A DNA stretch of 60,000 nt from Camelus ferus (GCF_009834535.1 NC_045696.1:66776001-66836000); one strand, 5' to 3'; positions 36,411 to 51,244 are shown, numbered from the stretch's first letter. Notes: generated by a model from the sequence alone, not told the origin. A program made the numbers and translations.

Positions 36411-38999
36411 AGGTGTTCCACTTGCAAAGTGATACCTGAAAGTTTGGACCAGGTTCAAGCAGCAAATTAGCAGACTGTGTCTGTATGAACTCCTAGATTC
36501 ATGAGAAAGGTTTGTTTATTTAACTGTCTTCATTAGCTGCTCTTAGCACATCAAAGGAGTGTTTCCAAACCCTTACAATGAGCCATGTAAACAGAAGCAC
36601 GATTTATCACATCACTGCAGCCAATAAACAAGGTTTTCGATATTCTGTCAAAACCTACTGAGGATAGTATCCCATCTAAAACCATTAGGTTGGACATACA
36701 AATATTAACCAGAGTCTTGCCTAGAGAAAGGTTTCAATGCATTTTAAGAAGTGAATCAATAAATTTGCCGAACATTGGTGAGAACTGACTGGTTGATCGA
36801 CGTTAGCAGACACTGCCCAGACGTGTTTTGATTAAGTTGAATGAGAGCCAAGATCTCATCTCTGATAACTAGCAATCAACCAAACAAACTTCTATTCAAA
36901 GTAGTACTGATACAATAGAGTGTGCCCAAATATTCAACTCAGGAGGTCTAAAAGGAGCTTGTTATTGAAAAGAAGGAAATCATGAATAATTAAAAAGTGA
37001 TGGCTTCTTTAAGGCCAATCAGGTGGTCAGTGTTGAAAATATCTTTCATGGTTATATTATATATAATATTATGACACTATATATATATTATACAAATATA
37101 ATAAATGTCACCTGGAGGTAGAATATAAAACATTGTTAAAGAAAACATCTTTGAGATACTTTTCTTTTTAACTTGGAGGTCCAAACAAGGTCTATATTTT
37201 CAGTTGTTTAACAGTATAAAACACTGCGTATGCTTTTCATTTAGTCATACATACTAACCTGTATACTAATGGAGTTAAATGGTTTTTAATAACATTTAAT
37301 TACACCCAAATCCAAAGAGCTAATATACTTAGAATGGCATGAGATACACACTTCACATAGTTGTGAAGATCAGGAGTGATAATGGATGTGAAGTAACTTT
37401 TAAAAAATGGCAGGTTATTCAAACATAAGATATTTTAATTATTCATTTGTTTTTAATTAATGCATCTCATTTTCTCAATCCGTAGTACAATTACCCTCGA
37501 TTCATTCAAACTAAAACCTCTGACACAGAACATGATGTGTACAGTGGAAGGGACTGATTCATTTCAAGAGAAAACTTGCCACATTAAGTGTTTTGTCCTA
37601 ACAGTCTTCAGAGATGACTTGGAGTAGCCTCTTCACATTTGCATAAAGTCAGAAAAAAATGTTCTTCAAAGCAAAAGAGAACAGCATTCTAGACATAATA
37701 CGTTTTGATAATTCCCCAAATGTCCAAACTTCTGTCGCTTAATGCTATTGCAAATTGCTTCACTGATGTCAGAGAAGCATTTTAAATTAATATTTTCACA
37801 TTCCAGATGAACAAAAATAGCAGTAGAAAACAGATGGGAATGACAAAAGTCCTACAAGGATGGACAAGAAATAGATGGGGGGAACTGCATCTAGTTTTCA
37901 AAAGTTACATCAAGACAGCAAAGAAGTAGGACTGACCTGATTTTAACCTAACAGATTGAAGGCTGCTTGTTAAGGAGTTTCCATTAGGTTCTATAGGGCA
38001 CTTAGAAGACTCGGATTGGACCACTGCCTTAAGGAGCTAACAGCTTAAAGAGGTGAGCCCAGTGTATCTCCAAACCATTCAACAAACATTTGTTGAACAC
38101 GAAACGGTGCCAGACTTTGTAGTGCATTTTATAGAGAAGAAAGTAACAGTTCCTGCTTTCATGGAACTTTGAGCCTGGTGAACAATCTGTTGTAATTTAT
38201 GAAACAGTTTGTGACACATTATTGGAATGTAATCAATGGTGACAAATTTCTAGCCTTAAAAGAAAAAAAGTGAACCAAAAATATATTCAGTCAAATTTAG
38301 TGTATAAAATGAGTGATCAAATTGGATAAGATGATTCTCATTCAGAAAAAAACTAGCATTAAAATATAGACACATTTTCTTATGCTCCTGATAAGCTTTC
38401 ACTGAAGCCAAGTGACAAGGAGAGGGTCCAGGAACAGAATTGCCCAAGGTGCCCACTCTGAAGGGTAGCGTGTTTGAGTGTCTAAATGGGCATAGTCATT
38501 TAAAGAGTTTTATTTCTCTTTCGATACATCCCAGACTAGGTCCCTAAATCATCTACAGTATTTATTTATTATAATCATATTTTTACTCAAAGACCACATT
38601 ATTTTATTTATTAGATTAATTCTGAACAAATTATTGTGATTCAAAGGAATACCAACCAAGGGGAAGAATCCCAAGGAATAATCAAAACTCCTACATCCAC
38701 TGGACTCACAACCTCTCATCCAAATAGATGGCAGAACTGGTTTCTCAGACGTGAATTGCAACAAAAATACACGCACACGTAACATCTACAACGTTGTTCA
38801 ATGTCATGTCTTCTCAAAGGGGCTAACTAGAGATGGCATTTAATGAAATAAAAATTTACATTTCTTTTTACCCACTATGCTGTTATTCAACTTGATCATT
38901 ACATAGGTTCAAAATTTTGGAGAATGGTATACGTTATAGTACCTTTACTATGAAACATTAAAAAAGTATATACACATGCCCAAATAGAGTCAGAAAACA

Positions 39000-39205
39000 A
39001 TAGCCAACATTTGTGAAGCACTCCTTAAGGTGAGGCATGATTCTTAGTGCTTTATTTATGTGGTCTGATTTAATACTCACATTAGCCTATAAAGGAAGTA
39101 CCATTAAAATCCACATCTGTCAAGTGAGGGAAGAAGCATAGGGAGATAAAATATCTTGCCCTCCATCACACAACCACTTAAGGAGTAACCATTAGATCTG
39201 AACAG
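39000..39205 (-). mobile_element. MIR
   Basis: aatagccaacatttgtgaagcact...tttaatactcacattagcctat...agtgagggaag. Confidence 0.6.
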
Positions 39206-39304
39206 CCAAATTAACTTGCTTGTGCGCTGAACACAGAATGAGGTTTCTCCAGGTATCTCTGTGCACATACCTGTACTTCTTGTAAATGTCACCGACTAGG
39301 AAGT

Positions 39305-39310
<6 letters not shown>

Positions 39311-39348
<38 letters not shown>
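39311..39348. repeat. (TG)19 microsatellite
   Basis: Direct reading. Confidence 0.95.
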
Positions 39349-39350
<2 letters not shown>

Positions 39351-42199
39351 CAGGCCTGCACTTGATCCATCAAATGCACTTTATCCATCCTGTGCTCTTG
39401 AATCTATCCATGAACTCTCACTACAGCATCCATAAGCCACTGCCAAATAAATTTTTAGTACGTGTCCTTGTCACAAGCTAATGTTAAATCAACTCTACAA
39501 TGACAAGTCAACCCTTACTGCACAGTAGGTGCTTTACATCATGGGTAGTTTTAGTGCATATGGCAAGTTTGGGATTTTTTGGCCAGAATTGCTTATTGCT
39601 TATGATAATGAATTAAAGCAACTGTTTGATAATAATGCTTTGACTTCATACATATACATATAAAACATATATATAGCGTATATATTAACTATATAATAGT
39701 TGTATATATATAAAGCTATTGATCTTTCAGGATTTTGGAGCAATTTGATGAACAATTATCAGAGATTTTAAAGAGAGTTTAAAAGAATACCTTGCAAATA
39801 CTTATAATATTTGTGATTCAATAATTTAAAAAAAGAATTATATAATAATAAAAATAACTCCTATACCAAAACCTAAAAACTGGATCTTGAGGCTTATAAA
39901 ACACTGTAACTTCTAGACAAACCACTCCTTAAATTGTGCTTATTTACAACAACCCTCTGTGTTCCATGACTGACCTACTAAAAAGTAAATATTTTAAAAA
40001 GCTAACATTTATTGAGCAATACTATTGAGATAATCTTTTAATATTTACTATCTCATTTAGTTTTCACAGTAGTTGTATTAATCCCATATTATAAAAGAAA
40101 ACAAGTAACAACAACAACAACAACAAAAATAACCTAAAGCTTAGAGAGGGTTAGTTATTCATATGCCAGGGTATTTGAACCTGGAGCCCAAAGTACTTAG
40201 CCCTTGAAATAAATCTCTAATAATAAAATACTACTTGATTTGTTTTATGTGTTGGCATGAGATTTCACTTTTATGGGTTATTCTAGGAAAACTTTGATAT
40301 CTAGATTTGAATATCATTTACCTAGATTATTTGTAAGTGAAGAAACTGCAACTAGAGAGGGTTAGTGACACGTGTGAGGTCACTCAGCAAAATGGTACAG
40401 AATCCATGACCAGAACTTAGATTTGCAAACTTCTAAGGTAGCATCCTCCTCTCTGGACAACAGTCTTTTTTATTTTTTTTTCTGGTATAGATTTCACAGT
40501 CTATAGGGATGTTTGAACCAAGAGTCCCTTTCTTCTTATACTTCAGTCATAAGATAATAGCTTGTTTCTATTTCCCATCAGACAATTCATCCTACACTCT
40601 ACATGATGAAAAATAAGACATATGGTTTTCTAACCATGGGCTACTCTTTAGCTAAACTTCTTGATAAATGATTAAGGATAATTTCATTATATTGTGACAA
40701 AAGGGGAACCAGAAATGAAAAAAACCCTCAAATTTGCCAAAACTCAAATGATTCTCAGAATTCCTTCCAAAACAAAATCAGGAAAAAAAAAAAAATGCCT
40801 GTTTTATCCTCCACCATTCAGACCAGACACAGTAAGGAATTCAGCTTCTAGGACTCTGTGTAGTATCCCATTTTCACTGCACAAATTGAGAGATTGACAC
40901 ACTTTTACTCCCCCCCCCCCACTGAATTCAAGTCACAAACTATCCCTATTTAGTTAGGAATTGTACACAATCAGAATAAGAAAATATTATGTGACTCCTT
41001 ACCACTCAAGGCTGTTGGTAGCACTAGATAAGCAATTGCATCAGAAAAAAAAAAAGGAAAAAGAAAAACTTCATGGACACCTTGGTTATTGCCTAAGAGA
41101 TGCTATTATACAACGAAGAAAAATTTTAAACTACATACTCAATAATTACTAAGTTTCTCTCATAGATTAAGACCTTTTTATATGTTTGTATGAAGGTGAG
41201 ATTTGTTACAAGGCAAGATTTGTGTCCCTTGATAGTTTGTAACATTTGCTTCACGTCTTATTGTTTGTTAATTTAAAAATGTCAGCAAAGACAACATACA
41301 GTTAATATTTTCATAAAATCACCCCTCAGCTGCAGAATGAGGGATCAGGAGGTATGCATGTGATAAAGACAAAAGCTTGTATCAAAAGAGCTTAATTCCT
41401 GTCACCCCCAAAGGACAAATGCAACCCCGAGAAAACTGTCTTACTTAAAAAAAGCAAGGCAATTAGTGTCCTAATTTCTTTTGTTTTTGCTGTTTCCAGG
41501 TAGAGTAGGTAGGTTTGTTTGCATGTATTTCAAACCGAAGGAGAAGTTTTTGAGCACAACATTTACCACCTTTTTTTTTTTTTTTTTAAACGTGATTTAT
41601 GCTTTTAGAGAGGTTCCTTTTCAGAAGAAATCTGAATGAGGAGACAGTCTGTAGAAAGACATTCCAATGAACTGGTTAGGCCGGTAGTTGTTTGGAAGGA
41701 ACACCGCCTCCGGGACTCACCGGGAAGACAGAGGCAGCACCGAAGGAGGGACTTGCTTCTTTCACCAGCTCCAGACAGTATTCACATTTATGACTAATCT
41801 TCGGAGTGCGATCCCTCACCGCCCACCTCGCCTCCACAAAAAGCCATGGTTAGGAAGCATTCATTTTCTCAGATAGAAAAGTGTTGCTTTTGTGTTCTGA
41901 TTTTTGCAAGTCCACCCAACCCCCCCCCCCCAACCCCCTTGCCCTTAGAGAACGGAAAGAAAAGAAAGACCGTCACACAGTCTTGAGATTCCAGGCAACA
42001 GAGCTGTTATTTAGAACAGGTTTTGTTCTATGTTCCGAACAGAACACATGGGTTTATATGAGCTTTCACTGATGGTTCTGGAAAATGTGCTTGCCTGTGC
42101 TATGTTCCCACATGAAGACACAAGAGGTGTCCTAGCAAGGCTGAATTCAGAAGCAGGGGATTGGTGCTTTATCTATTACAGAGGATGAGAAGATTGAGT

Positions 42200-42350
42200 A
42201 ATCCCTAGTCCAAATCCACGATTTTACGTATAAGAAAACCAAGACCGGGAGGGGGAAGTTATTCGTGCATCAGCAGCAAGCCAGTTAGTGACAGCAGAGC
42301 AGCGTGGGGACTGGAAGCCAAGGCTGCCGATTTCCAAGCCAGTACTTTTC
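42200..42350 (-). mobile_element. MIR
   Basis: attttacgtataagaaaaccaagacc...gttagtgacagcagagc...ggactggaagcca. Confidence 0.6.
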
Positions 42351-43350
42351 GCTACAACTCATGACTGCTTTAAGTTTGAGTGCCTTTCAACATACAAGGC
42401 AGAGTAAATTTATAAAGCCCCAAATTAGAATTCCAGATTTCCTTCCCATGCCGGAGGACCTCCAGAGAGCTTAATTTTACATATAATAATGTGCTAATCC
42501 TTGAATCTCAAGAGAAAGAGACAACATACTGGAATACATTTGTTTCCCAGTATCAATTATTCACAAGATAGGTTTTTTTTTTTTTAACTTCTTTCATATC
42601 CTCCTTAGTTTTCCTTCTATCCAATCAATTCCAAGCAGCTGAGTTGTCTCTTTTTCTAAACAGACTATTGCTGAAAGGCAAATAAAATACCTTGGTAAAA
42701 TGGGAAGCGGGCTACATGTATGTAATTCCATAGCAGAAAGGGTTTGGGCTGCTTGCCTTCACTTAGGGACGCCAACATCACCAAATCCATCCACTGAATA
42801 AATCTCAGGTGATAGAAAAGTCATCTTGCTACTCTGCTCAGCCATCTAAGAGAGGGCTATTTTTAATAGCTGTATTTTATAGAGCCAGCTAGCTCCCATT
42901 TGAACAAAAGCAGGTAGTGACATCCATTGGATTAAAACATACCCAACTGCAAGACAAATCATATGGGTTTTATTTCTAAATTAGTTTCTGATTCACTACC
43001 CTGTGCGACGGAGGTTACAAAATTGAGATGTTAAAATACCTGCTCTCTTCCTTCCTCTTTAAGAGGGTGTGGTGAGAAATGGCTTGAATAATATCCATTA
43101 AGAGCTCTCAGCTTCTTGGGAGGATGGTAAGTAAATAGAGAGGCCAATGAAGTAAGAACTGTTTTTTATTTTAATCTATAGGTGAATTATGTGTCTTTTC
43201 TAAACACAAAGAATAACTGAGACAAAAGACCAAGAGTCAGCTCACATCACTGCCGTGTGCCCCTGATAGCGCCGCACTCAGCTAGCCTCCATCCACAAAT
43301 GGGGCGAGAGGCTCAGACTGCACGAATTAAGAGTTTGTCTATTTCTCTGA

Positions 43351-43376
43351 CACACACACACACACACACACACACA
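43351..43376. repeat. (CA)13 microsatellite
   Basis: Direct reading. Confidence 0.95.
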
Positions 43377-45152
43377 ATGCATGAACACATATTTTACATT
43401 TTACCAGGTGAGGAGTGCCTAATCAAAATAATCAAATCCTAATCAAAAATAATCAATTCAGCCACAGTTTTATCAGCCTTGTTCTATATCTCTAGCCAGC
43501 ATGTCATCAACATGGTTCCTGTTTTTTACATAGCAGGACGGGAACCTTTACCTCTCATTAGGTTGTAAAGTGAAGGGGCTCTCGTTTACATCTCTATTCC
43601 TACTCCAGGAACTGTCACTTTGTCTATTCTAAAGAAATGTTGGGGAAGAAAAAGTAAACAACAGACAGGTGCTTATCTGAAAAGAACAGTCCTCCAGAGA
43701 GATTTGATCATAATCCCAACACACCCACTTGTCCTGACAATAAACACATGACATGGCAGAGTTTGAGATCCCATGCGAATGCAGACACCACCACACCTCC
43801 AGCCACTCATCCTCTAGTCACGTACTGCACCCTGCAATCCGTCCAGCAAGCCCCCCAGGTTAGAATGTACTACTGGTTTCCTTGAAATGACCCCCCAACT
43901 CAACTATTTGTCTATTTTCATACTTCTTCTCTTCATGTTGGGTTTTAGCCAAACCAAGCTGACCCTCCTCCCATGACACAATGTACCAAGTTCATGTCAA
44001 CACCTAAGGGGTCTCAAACTGATAGCCAATACATATGTTCTGTGGGCCCAGGGAATTAAAAAAAAAATTACATTATGCTAGGTGAGGCAAGCGTTCTTTC
44101 AAAGCATCACAAGTTTTTGTTCTCTCATAGTGAGGGCTTCACACACTTAAGCCTTTTCCCTAACTAACATAAATGGTTCTCTCTGCCTTATTCTATTTCT
44201 CTTCCCTTTGCTCCCACATGGCCAATATATTTCCTGAGCTTTCAAACAGAAATGAGACCATCTATACTGTTCTCTGTTGCTTATCAGTTCTGTAACTCAT
44301 GTGATAAGAGTTGTTTGTATGTTACCTCCTGTCCCATAATAAACTGGTTGCTTTAGGGGGTCAGAATGTGCTCTTTCTTTACTCATTCATCCCCCAGATT
44401 GTCTCAAGTGTAGTAAGTGCCAAATGTTAGCTAGACGGCAGGACTACTGAGCTGCTTAATGCCTACATGTTGTCCTTCATATGAAGTATGAGGTGAACAC
44501 TGCCCCTGAAGTTATACCGCACAGCAGTCATTGCTGATGACTGAACTCTGGTCTGGTGTTCAGTGTCTTTTCTATTTATCCCTCAATAGGTAAGCAATGA
44601 ATATTTTGGGGGTATGGTCATTTATAATCCAGTTCATTAACTTCATACCTGACTCTCCCACCAACTCTAAGTTATAGGCAGTGATAGACTCAGCTCTTTT
44701 ATTAAACTTGTACCCAAAGCAGAGTATTTTGAACTTAGTAAATAATCAGTAAATTCCTGTGGAAATGACAAGAATACAAGCTTGAAATTTTCGTCATTTT
44801 GCCAGGGAAAAGATTCTTATGAACCTTTACAATTAGAAACAAGTCAGTTGTGAGAACTTGTTTAACAACATCTTACTGATAAAGATGTATAGCCATCCAG
44901 TTAGTAAGGATATTTAATGACTTCTTCTAAAGTATTACATTCTATCTTTAAACTTTCTGAATAACAAAACCCAGGAGAGCTTTCCACGTGTTTTGTGATG
45001 AATCACAACTAGAAATACCTATTTTAAAGGAGAGAGTGGACTAGCAGTCTCTTCTCTGTCATTATGGCTGTGTCCCCTTGGGCAAGTCACTCCCCTGTCA
45101 GACTCTGAGTTCCCCCACCAATAAAAATACATGTTAAAACATTGGGCTGGAC

Positions 45153-45321
45153 CAGTGTTTTTCAAACATCAGAATGGACTGGAGGGCTTATTCAAATATC
45201 TTTGTCCTCCTCTCCTTCTAGTTTCTGATTTAGCAGATCTGGAGTGGAATCCAAGAATTTGCATTTCTTAACAAGTGCTTAAGTAATGTTGATGCTGTTG
45301 ACCACACTTTGAGACCCACTG
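45153..45321. mobile_element. MER5A hAT-Charlie fossil
   Basis: cagtgtttttcaaac...tttctgatttagcagatctggagtgg...agaatttgcatttc...accacactttgagacccactg with CAGTG/CACTG termini. Confidence 0.85.
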
Positions 45322-45809
45322 AATTAAAATGTCTAGGAGTCCACGCAGCTCTGACTTCATTATCATGCTGAGATTCAAACCCAGGTATATCCAAAGTATG
45401 TGCTCTTAATTAACAGACTGGAAAAGGGAATATTTTATTACCTTAGGATTACTGGATAGCCAAATAACTAAAATAAAATAACATGTAATAATTAAAATGA
45501 AAGTGTTTTCTTTGAATTCTATAAGACTGAATAAACACAAGGGGGTATTGGCTTTTAAAAGAAATCTGCTTCAAAAATTGGTCTAAAATTGTAGAAAACT
45601 CAACTCTATCTAGTTTCAAACTGGAAAGGATGGGCTAGACGGATTTTACAGCATGCTAGCACAGCTTCAAATATTATCTTCTTTTTATGGAAACACAAAA
45701 ATACAAACCTAAGCAAATTTCATTTTTTTCCCTGCATCAGTAATTGCTCTACTTAAGGTGAATAATTTCCTGTTTCCAGATTATCTCATTCTAAAGAGTA
45801 ACAGCAACA

Positions 45810-46050
45810 ACCATCACCACTGAGAACTGACCACATGCAAGGTTACTGGGATGACTGCTTAACATGCCCTCCCTCAACCCTCTAAACAGCTTTTCTGTGA
45901 TACGTCACCAATATCATCATCTTCATTTTGCAGGTGGGGAAACTGAGACTCAGAAACATACCAGAATTTAGACAAGACCATCCAAATAGTGAATGACAGA
46001 ACTGGATTCAAATGCAGGCAGCCACCTACGTCCAGAGTGTGGGCTCTTCA
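45810..46050 (-). mobile_element. MIR
   Basis: cattttgcaggtggggaaactgagactcaga...gacagaactggattcaaat. Confidence 0.75.
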
Positions 46051-48973
46051 TACTACGGCAAATAGATGGAGGGGCTGGTGTAGAAAACCAGAAAGCTGCG
46101 TTAGCCCTGAATCTCCCACAGGTTCTATTAGAAATGTTGGAGAAGCGAACAGTAATCAACTCGGGTCTTAGTTTTCCCATCTATTAAAGGGAGGCTGGAC
46201 TAGGACTAGATCATATCTATAGTTCCTAAGTCTAACATTCTGAATTGTTTCAAGTTCTGTTGATTAAAACTATATTAAGTAAACTAGTTGCCAAAGGAAA
46301 AGACAGGTGACTAACAGTACGAGTATTACTTCAAAAACATCCCATTCTCTTTAAGCCAGCGTCCTAGGATTTCAACCTGATCGGTTTATAAGAGGATGCA
46401 AGGTTAGAATCAGCTCCTGTGTTTCTGCTGAAATCCCTTTCTGTTTATCTGCCCTCTTCAACTTTGCCATTCTGAATGCACACACACTGAGCACAGTGTC
46501 TTAAGTAACATTGCTGAGGCTGCACCAAAGACAGGTGCTGGGGAACTTTTCCCCCCCGGGGCTATCATTTCCAAGTCTCCCCCCTCCCAAACCAAGGGAG
46601 GGGATAGCAGGAAAAGGGTTTCTTTTCAGATTAAACACAGGGACTGCAAACACCTTCCCCTAGGCAATAAATTCTCTGCCAGTGCGTGCTGCAGTTTACC
46701 CAAACACCAAAGCAAAAAGCAAACAGCCCCTTTTGTAAGGGAGGAGTTGTCACCTGTCAAGTGATGTTTGTGAATTTCTAGAGAAGAGAGAAAAAGAAAA
46801 CCCTTTCCCTTATTTTATTAAGCAGACTGTTTGTTCAAGGTTTGAAATGCATACTTGGGTTTAAGGTGAAGTCCCTGGCTTGGCGCTCGTGAACAAAGTG
46901 GTGCCTTCCGATTGGCTAAGCTGTACAAAGAGCAGAAGGGAAAAACAGTCTGCTCTTCTGGGGACACCTGAACTCTGCCTAAACTGAGTGTATACTGAGC
47001 CACCTCATATGCAACATAAGTAACTACAATCCCATTTTCCAAAAATCAGAGGGTTTTTGCTATACGGAATATGTATGTTCTTATTTCATTTGTGTCTGTG
47101 GAACTAATATTATAAAAGCTTATTTGGGGCAAATTATTTGTCTAAATCATTACTAGCCTAGGGGTAACATTTTAGGAATACTAAAAGCAAGGGTTAAGAA
47201 GTGTTGGATGGCAAAGGAGAAAATCTCCCGTTCCCATGTTCGGTGCTAATTCTAGGGAAAAGCTTGGAAATATACTCTGTGTAGCCCTCTTTACTGCCTC
47301 TTTCCTCAAAGGTTTCTCATTTCAATTAGGTTTACCCATCCCATTCACAGATGCTCCATTCTCTAAGCTATCTTACCGTCTTGTTTACAGATCTCACTTA
47401 AAATGTACTGCGAGGGGCAATTTCATCTTGATTTGCAAATTACTAGAAACTCCTTGAGTCACTTAGACATATTTGCATATTTAAAATAAGAGATTGTATA
47501 ATCAAAATTGATTCCACTTCATAGACATTTTTGCACAGTTGATGTGAGTACAAATTGGGGGAAAAATTCATAAAAAGAAATTTGGTAATAAATGTCCATT
47601 ACACTAGTGTTCATACATTTTACTCATTAATTGTACTTCAAAACAGCTAGTACAAAAAGTGTTTGTATGTGAATATTCTTAAAATTCTGTGAGTAACAAA
47701 ACAGTTAAGTAAGTCACTGTATATCTATGTAATAATCATACAGCAATTCACATTGTTTTGAAGATTAGTGAATAGGAGAAAAATGCTTACCACAAAATGC
47801 AAAGAAAAAGAAGCAGATTACAAAATTTACATGTGACAAGATCCAAATATGTCTTATAAAGTCTATTTCTTCTAGGGAAAAAAACACTAAAATTTTCAAA
47901 ATTATTATCATTAGGTCAGGACAATATGTGCTTTTGAGACTCACTCTCAAATTTATTTTTAATTAGTATGCATTGATTTTATAATCAGACCAATTTTTAA
48001 TTTGTATTTTATAATAAAAAGTCATGCATATTCACCTATCTCAGAGTTTTTATGAAAATCAGCATAGACAGACAAGTGACAACAAAAATAATAATTTTTA
48101 ATTGACTATATATGTATACTCCAGGAACTTTGAATGAAAACAAGTCAGATATTGAAAAAAAAATCACAGTTCTCAAGGCTGATGATAGATATTATGTCCA
48201 TCCATACGAATAAGGACGGAGAGACTCACAGATATTATCAAGTTCACACAGCTAAATTTGTAAAGACAGAATTCCACCTTTAGTGTGTCTGACTAAAAAC
48301 CTCATGCTGTCATTCGAAAGTAAGTAATACATTGCAAAGCCCTGTATTAAATATTACGTAGTCATCAAAGTTTAAAAAAAAAAAAAAGCTGTTAATCAAA
48401 TCCACCTGCCCTGAACTCTAGTGGTTTTCTGGAAGACCAAAGAAGGGGGAGGTAGAGACAGGAAGAAGCAGGACTCTTGGAAAGGAGCAAGGGGATGTAT
48501 AGGAGGAACAGAAAGAGGACGGTAGCGGTGGCGAGGGTGGCTCTGGAGGCAAAGCAGAAAGAGCAGGGAAGGGAAATAGCTTGAAATGAGCTCTTGATAT
48601 TAGTGTCAGACTTAGACTTGGGTATCACTGTGCATCGCAGGTGCCTGGGACACCAAGACACAGAAAATGATTGCTGCTTGTACGACCTATCAAGAATCAT
48701 ATCCTTTCCACCTTTTGAGCTAGGACAATGCATGTGGGGAGGAAGATTTAGAATGTTTGTGTGACTCATGTAGCAAAGCTGTTAACCAGCCCTTTGCAGC
48801 CTGACTGGAGTGACTTACTTAAAAACACTTTGTTCACAGAATATGTGCTTTATATATATGAATAAATTTATTAAGTGAAGATTTTAAACAATTGGTATAT
48901 CAAAAACTGTTTTGTAACAATTCTATAATGTTAGAAAATACCAATAGGTGTTGTTCAAATTGAGTTATTCATG

Positions 48974-48980
<7 letters not shown>

Positions 48981-49014
<34 letters not shown>

Positions 49015-49028
49015 ACAGAGAGAGAGAG
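48981..49028. repeat. (GT)15 followed by imperfect (AG)n
   Basis: Direct reading. Confidence 0.95.
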
Positions 49029-49279
49029 ATAAGATGAAGGGGCAATAGAGGGAATGGTTAAACTTTTAATCAATAAAAATTCAGCAAATTAGAGCTTTGA
49101 CATGGTTATGCCCTGCTTAGAAAATACAAATATTTATTTTTTCTTTGAAAACAATTCATTCTGGGGAACAAACAGGTACGTGGAATCCCCTATTCTTCAT
49201 GACAATATCTAGTCAGAACTCTAACTTTGTTGCAAAGGAAGAACAATATCAATGATAAATATCCCTGTTCAATAAAATT

Positions 49280-51040
49280 GACTATTCTCTTGAGTTCTTT
49301 AAAATGCATTTGCCAGTTGAAAGTAAAAAGTATAATACCATCTTATGTAGTGATCAGTGCACATAGATGTAATATAGATGACAACAACAACATCATGGGA
49401 AGGAAGGGTTTTGAAATCAATATTGTGGTAAGTTTTCTGCATTCCATTTGAAGTAGTAAAATTAATTTAAAATAGACTGAAAAAATTATAAATACTGCAA
49501 TCTCTAGAGCAATCACTAAAAACATCCAAAGAGATATAGCCAAAACCAAAACAATTAAAATCAAATACAAAATTAGGTCAAATAATCTAGATGGCAGCAG
49601 AAAAAAAGGAAAAGAGAACAATGGAGGAAACAAAAAAATAGTTGTAGGGCAAAAAAAATCTATGTTGATAACTGCATTAAATGTAAATGATGTAAATAAA
49701 ACCAATTAAAAGACAGAGATTGTCAGAATGAATAAAAAAATACAACAATATGTTGTCTAGAAGAAACTCAATTCAAATATAATGATAAATATAGATTAAA
49801 AATAGAAAGAGAGAGAAAAAATTTACCACCCAAATCAAAAGAAAGTTAAAATGGCTATATTAATATAAAAATAAAGTGGACTTCAGAGCAAAGTACACTA
49901 TAAAGAATAAAGAAAAATACTATATAATGATAAAAGGAAGATGTAACAAATATAATGTACCTAAAAACAGAGCTCCCAATATACATAAAGCAAAAACTGA
50001 AGATCTGAAAAGAGAAAGAGACAAATCCAAAATTGGAATTGAAGACTTTAACATTCTTCTCTCAGTAATCAATAGAACTAATAGAAAATAAACTACACAG
50101 AAGAACTGCATAATACCAGACACCAACAGGATATAATCGACTTTTATGGAACACTGCACCCAACAAAAACAGAATGCACAGTCTTTCCAAGTGCCTATGG
50201 AACAGGTACCAAGATAAACCATTTCTTGACTCATGAAACCAAGCATAACAAATTTAAAAAAATCTGAAGTCAAAATGAAATTAAACTAGAAGTCAGTAAT
50301 GGAGAGAACAGAAAATATCTAAACACTTGGAAACTAAAGGACATGCTTGTAAATACACATAGGTCAAAGAAAAAGTGTTAAGAAAAATTAGAAAATATTT
50401 TAAACTGAATGAAAATGAAAATACAACATACCTAAATTTACAGAATTCAGCTAAAGCAGTGTTCAGTGGAAATTTTATAAAAGTAATACTAACATAGAAC
50501 AGATCTCAACTTAGTAATATAAACTTCCAATGAAAGAAACTTGATAAAGAAGGGCAAAGTAAGCCCAAAGAAGCAGAAGAAAGGAAATCAAGTAAGACCA
50601 GAAATAATGAAGTTGAAAACAGAAAGACTGTGAAACCAAAAAGCTGAGCTGGTTCTTTGTAAGAGCAGTACAGCTGATAAGTCTCCAGGAAGACTGACAC
50701 AGAAAGAGAGGACACAAGTTGCCAATACTAGAAATGAAACAGGAGGATATTATGGATCCCCCAGACATTAAAAGGGTAATAAGGGAATACTCCAAACAGT
50801 TCTACATACATAAACTTTAAAACTTTGATAAAATTAGCCAATTCTTCAAAATCCACAATTTACAAAAACTTACCCAAGATAAAACAGATCATCTCAGTTG
50901 TCCTGTAACTTTAAAGACACTGACCTTATAATTAAAGAACTCCCCCCCAAAATATTCAGGCCCAGGTGATTTCACTAGCAAATTCTACCAAAAATTTAAT
51001 AAGAAATACTATCAATTTTACATAATCTTTCTTAGAATAC
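49280..51040 (+). mobile_element. Old L1 fragment covering the inter-ORF region and decayed ORF2 endonuclease/early domain
   Basis: A-rich; decayed ORF2 peptides (ITALNVN, LEETQF, DFRAK...YYIMIKG, PKNRA, EDFNILLSVINRTNR) and tcaggcccaggtgatttcact (SGPDGFT-like), with many stops and frameshifts. Confidence 0.9.
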
Positions 51041-51244
51041 AAAGGATGCTTCACACAGAGCACAAATACAGAAATCATGCTGACGTTCATAAACAATAGG
51101 ATTGCCAAGATGAAAATGACCACACGTCATAATTATTAATACCGTCTCTCAGTGGTAGGGCTTAACACTCACTTGCTTTGAACTGTAGTTTCTTTTCTAT
51201 CTATCACAGTCCAAAATTTTAAAGTCTATAGAAGTCTATCTGGT

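Noticed and set aside
43498..43518. Possible p63/p53 response element CAGCATGTCA-t-CAACATGGTT
   Set aside because: Several mismatches to RRRCWWGYYY in both halves; expected by chance in 60 kb.
49343..50795. Hydrophobic 70-120 aa minus-strand ORFs resembling membrane proteins
   Set aside because: Antisense translation of A-rich decayed L1 sequence.
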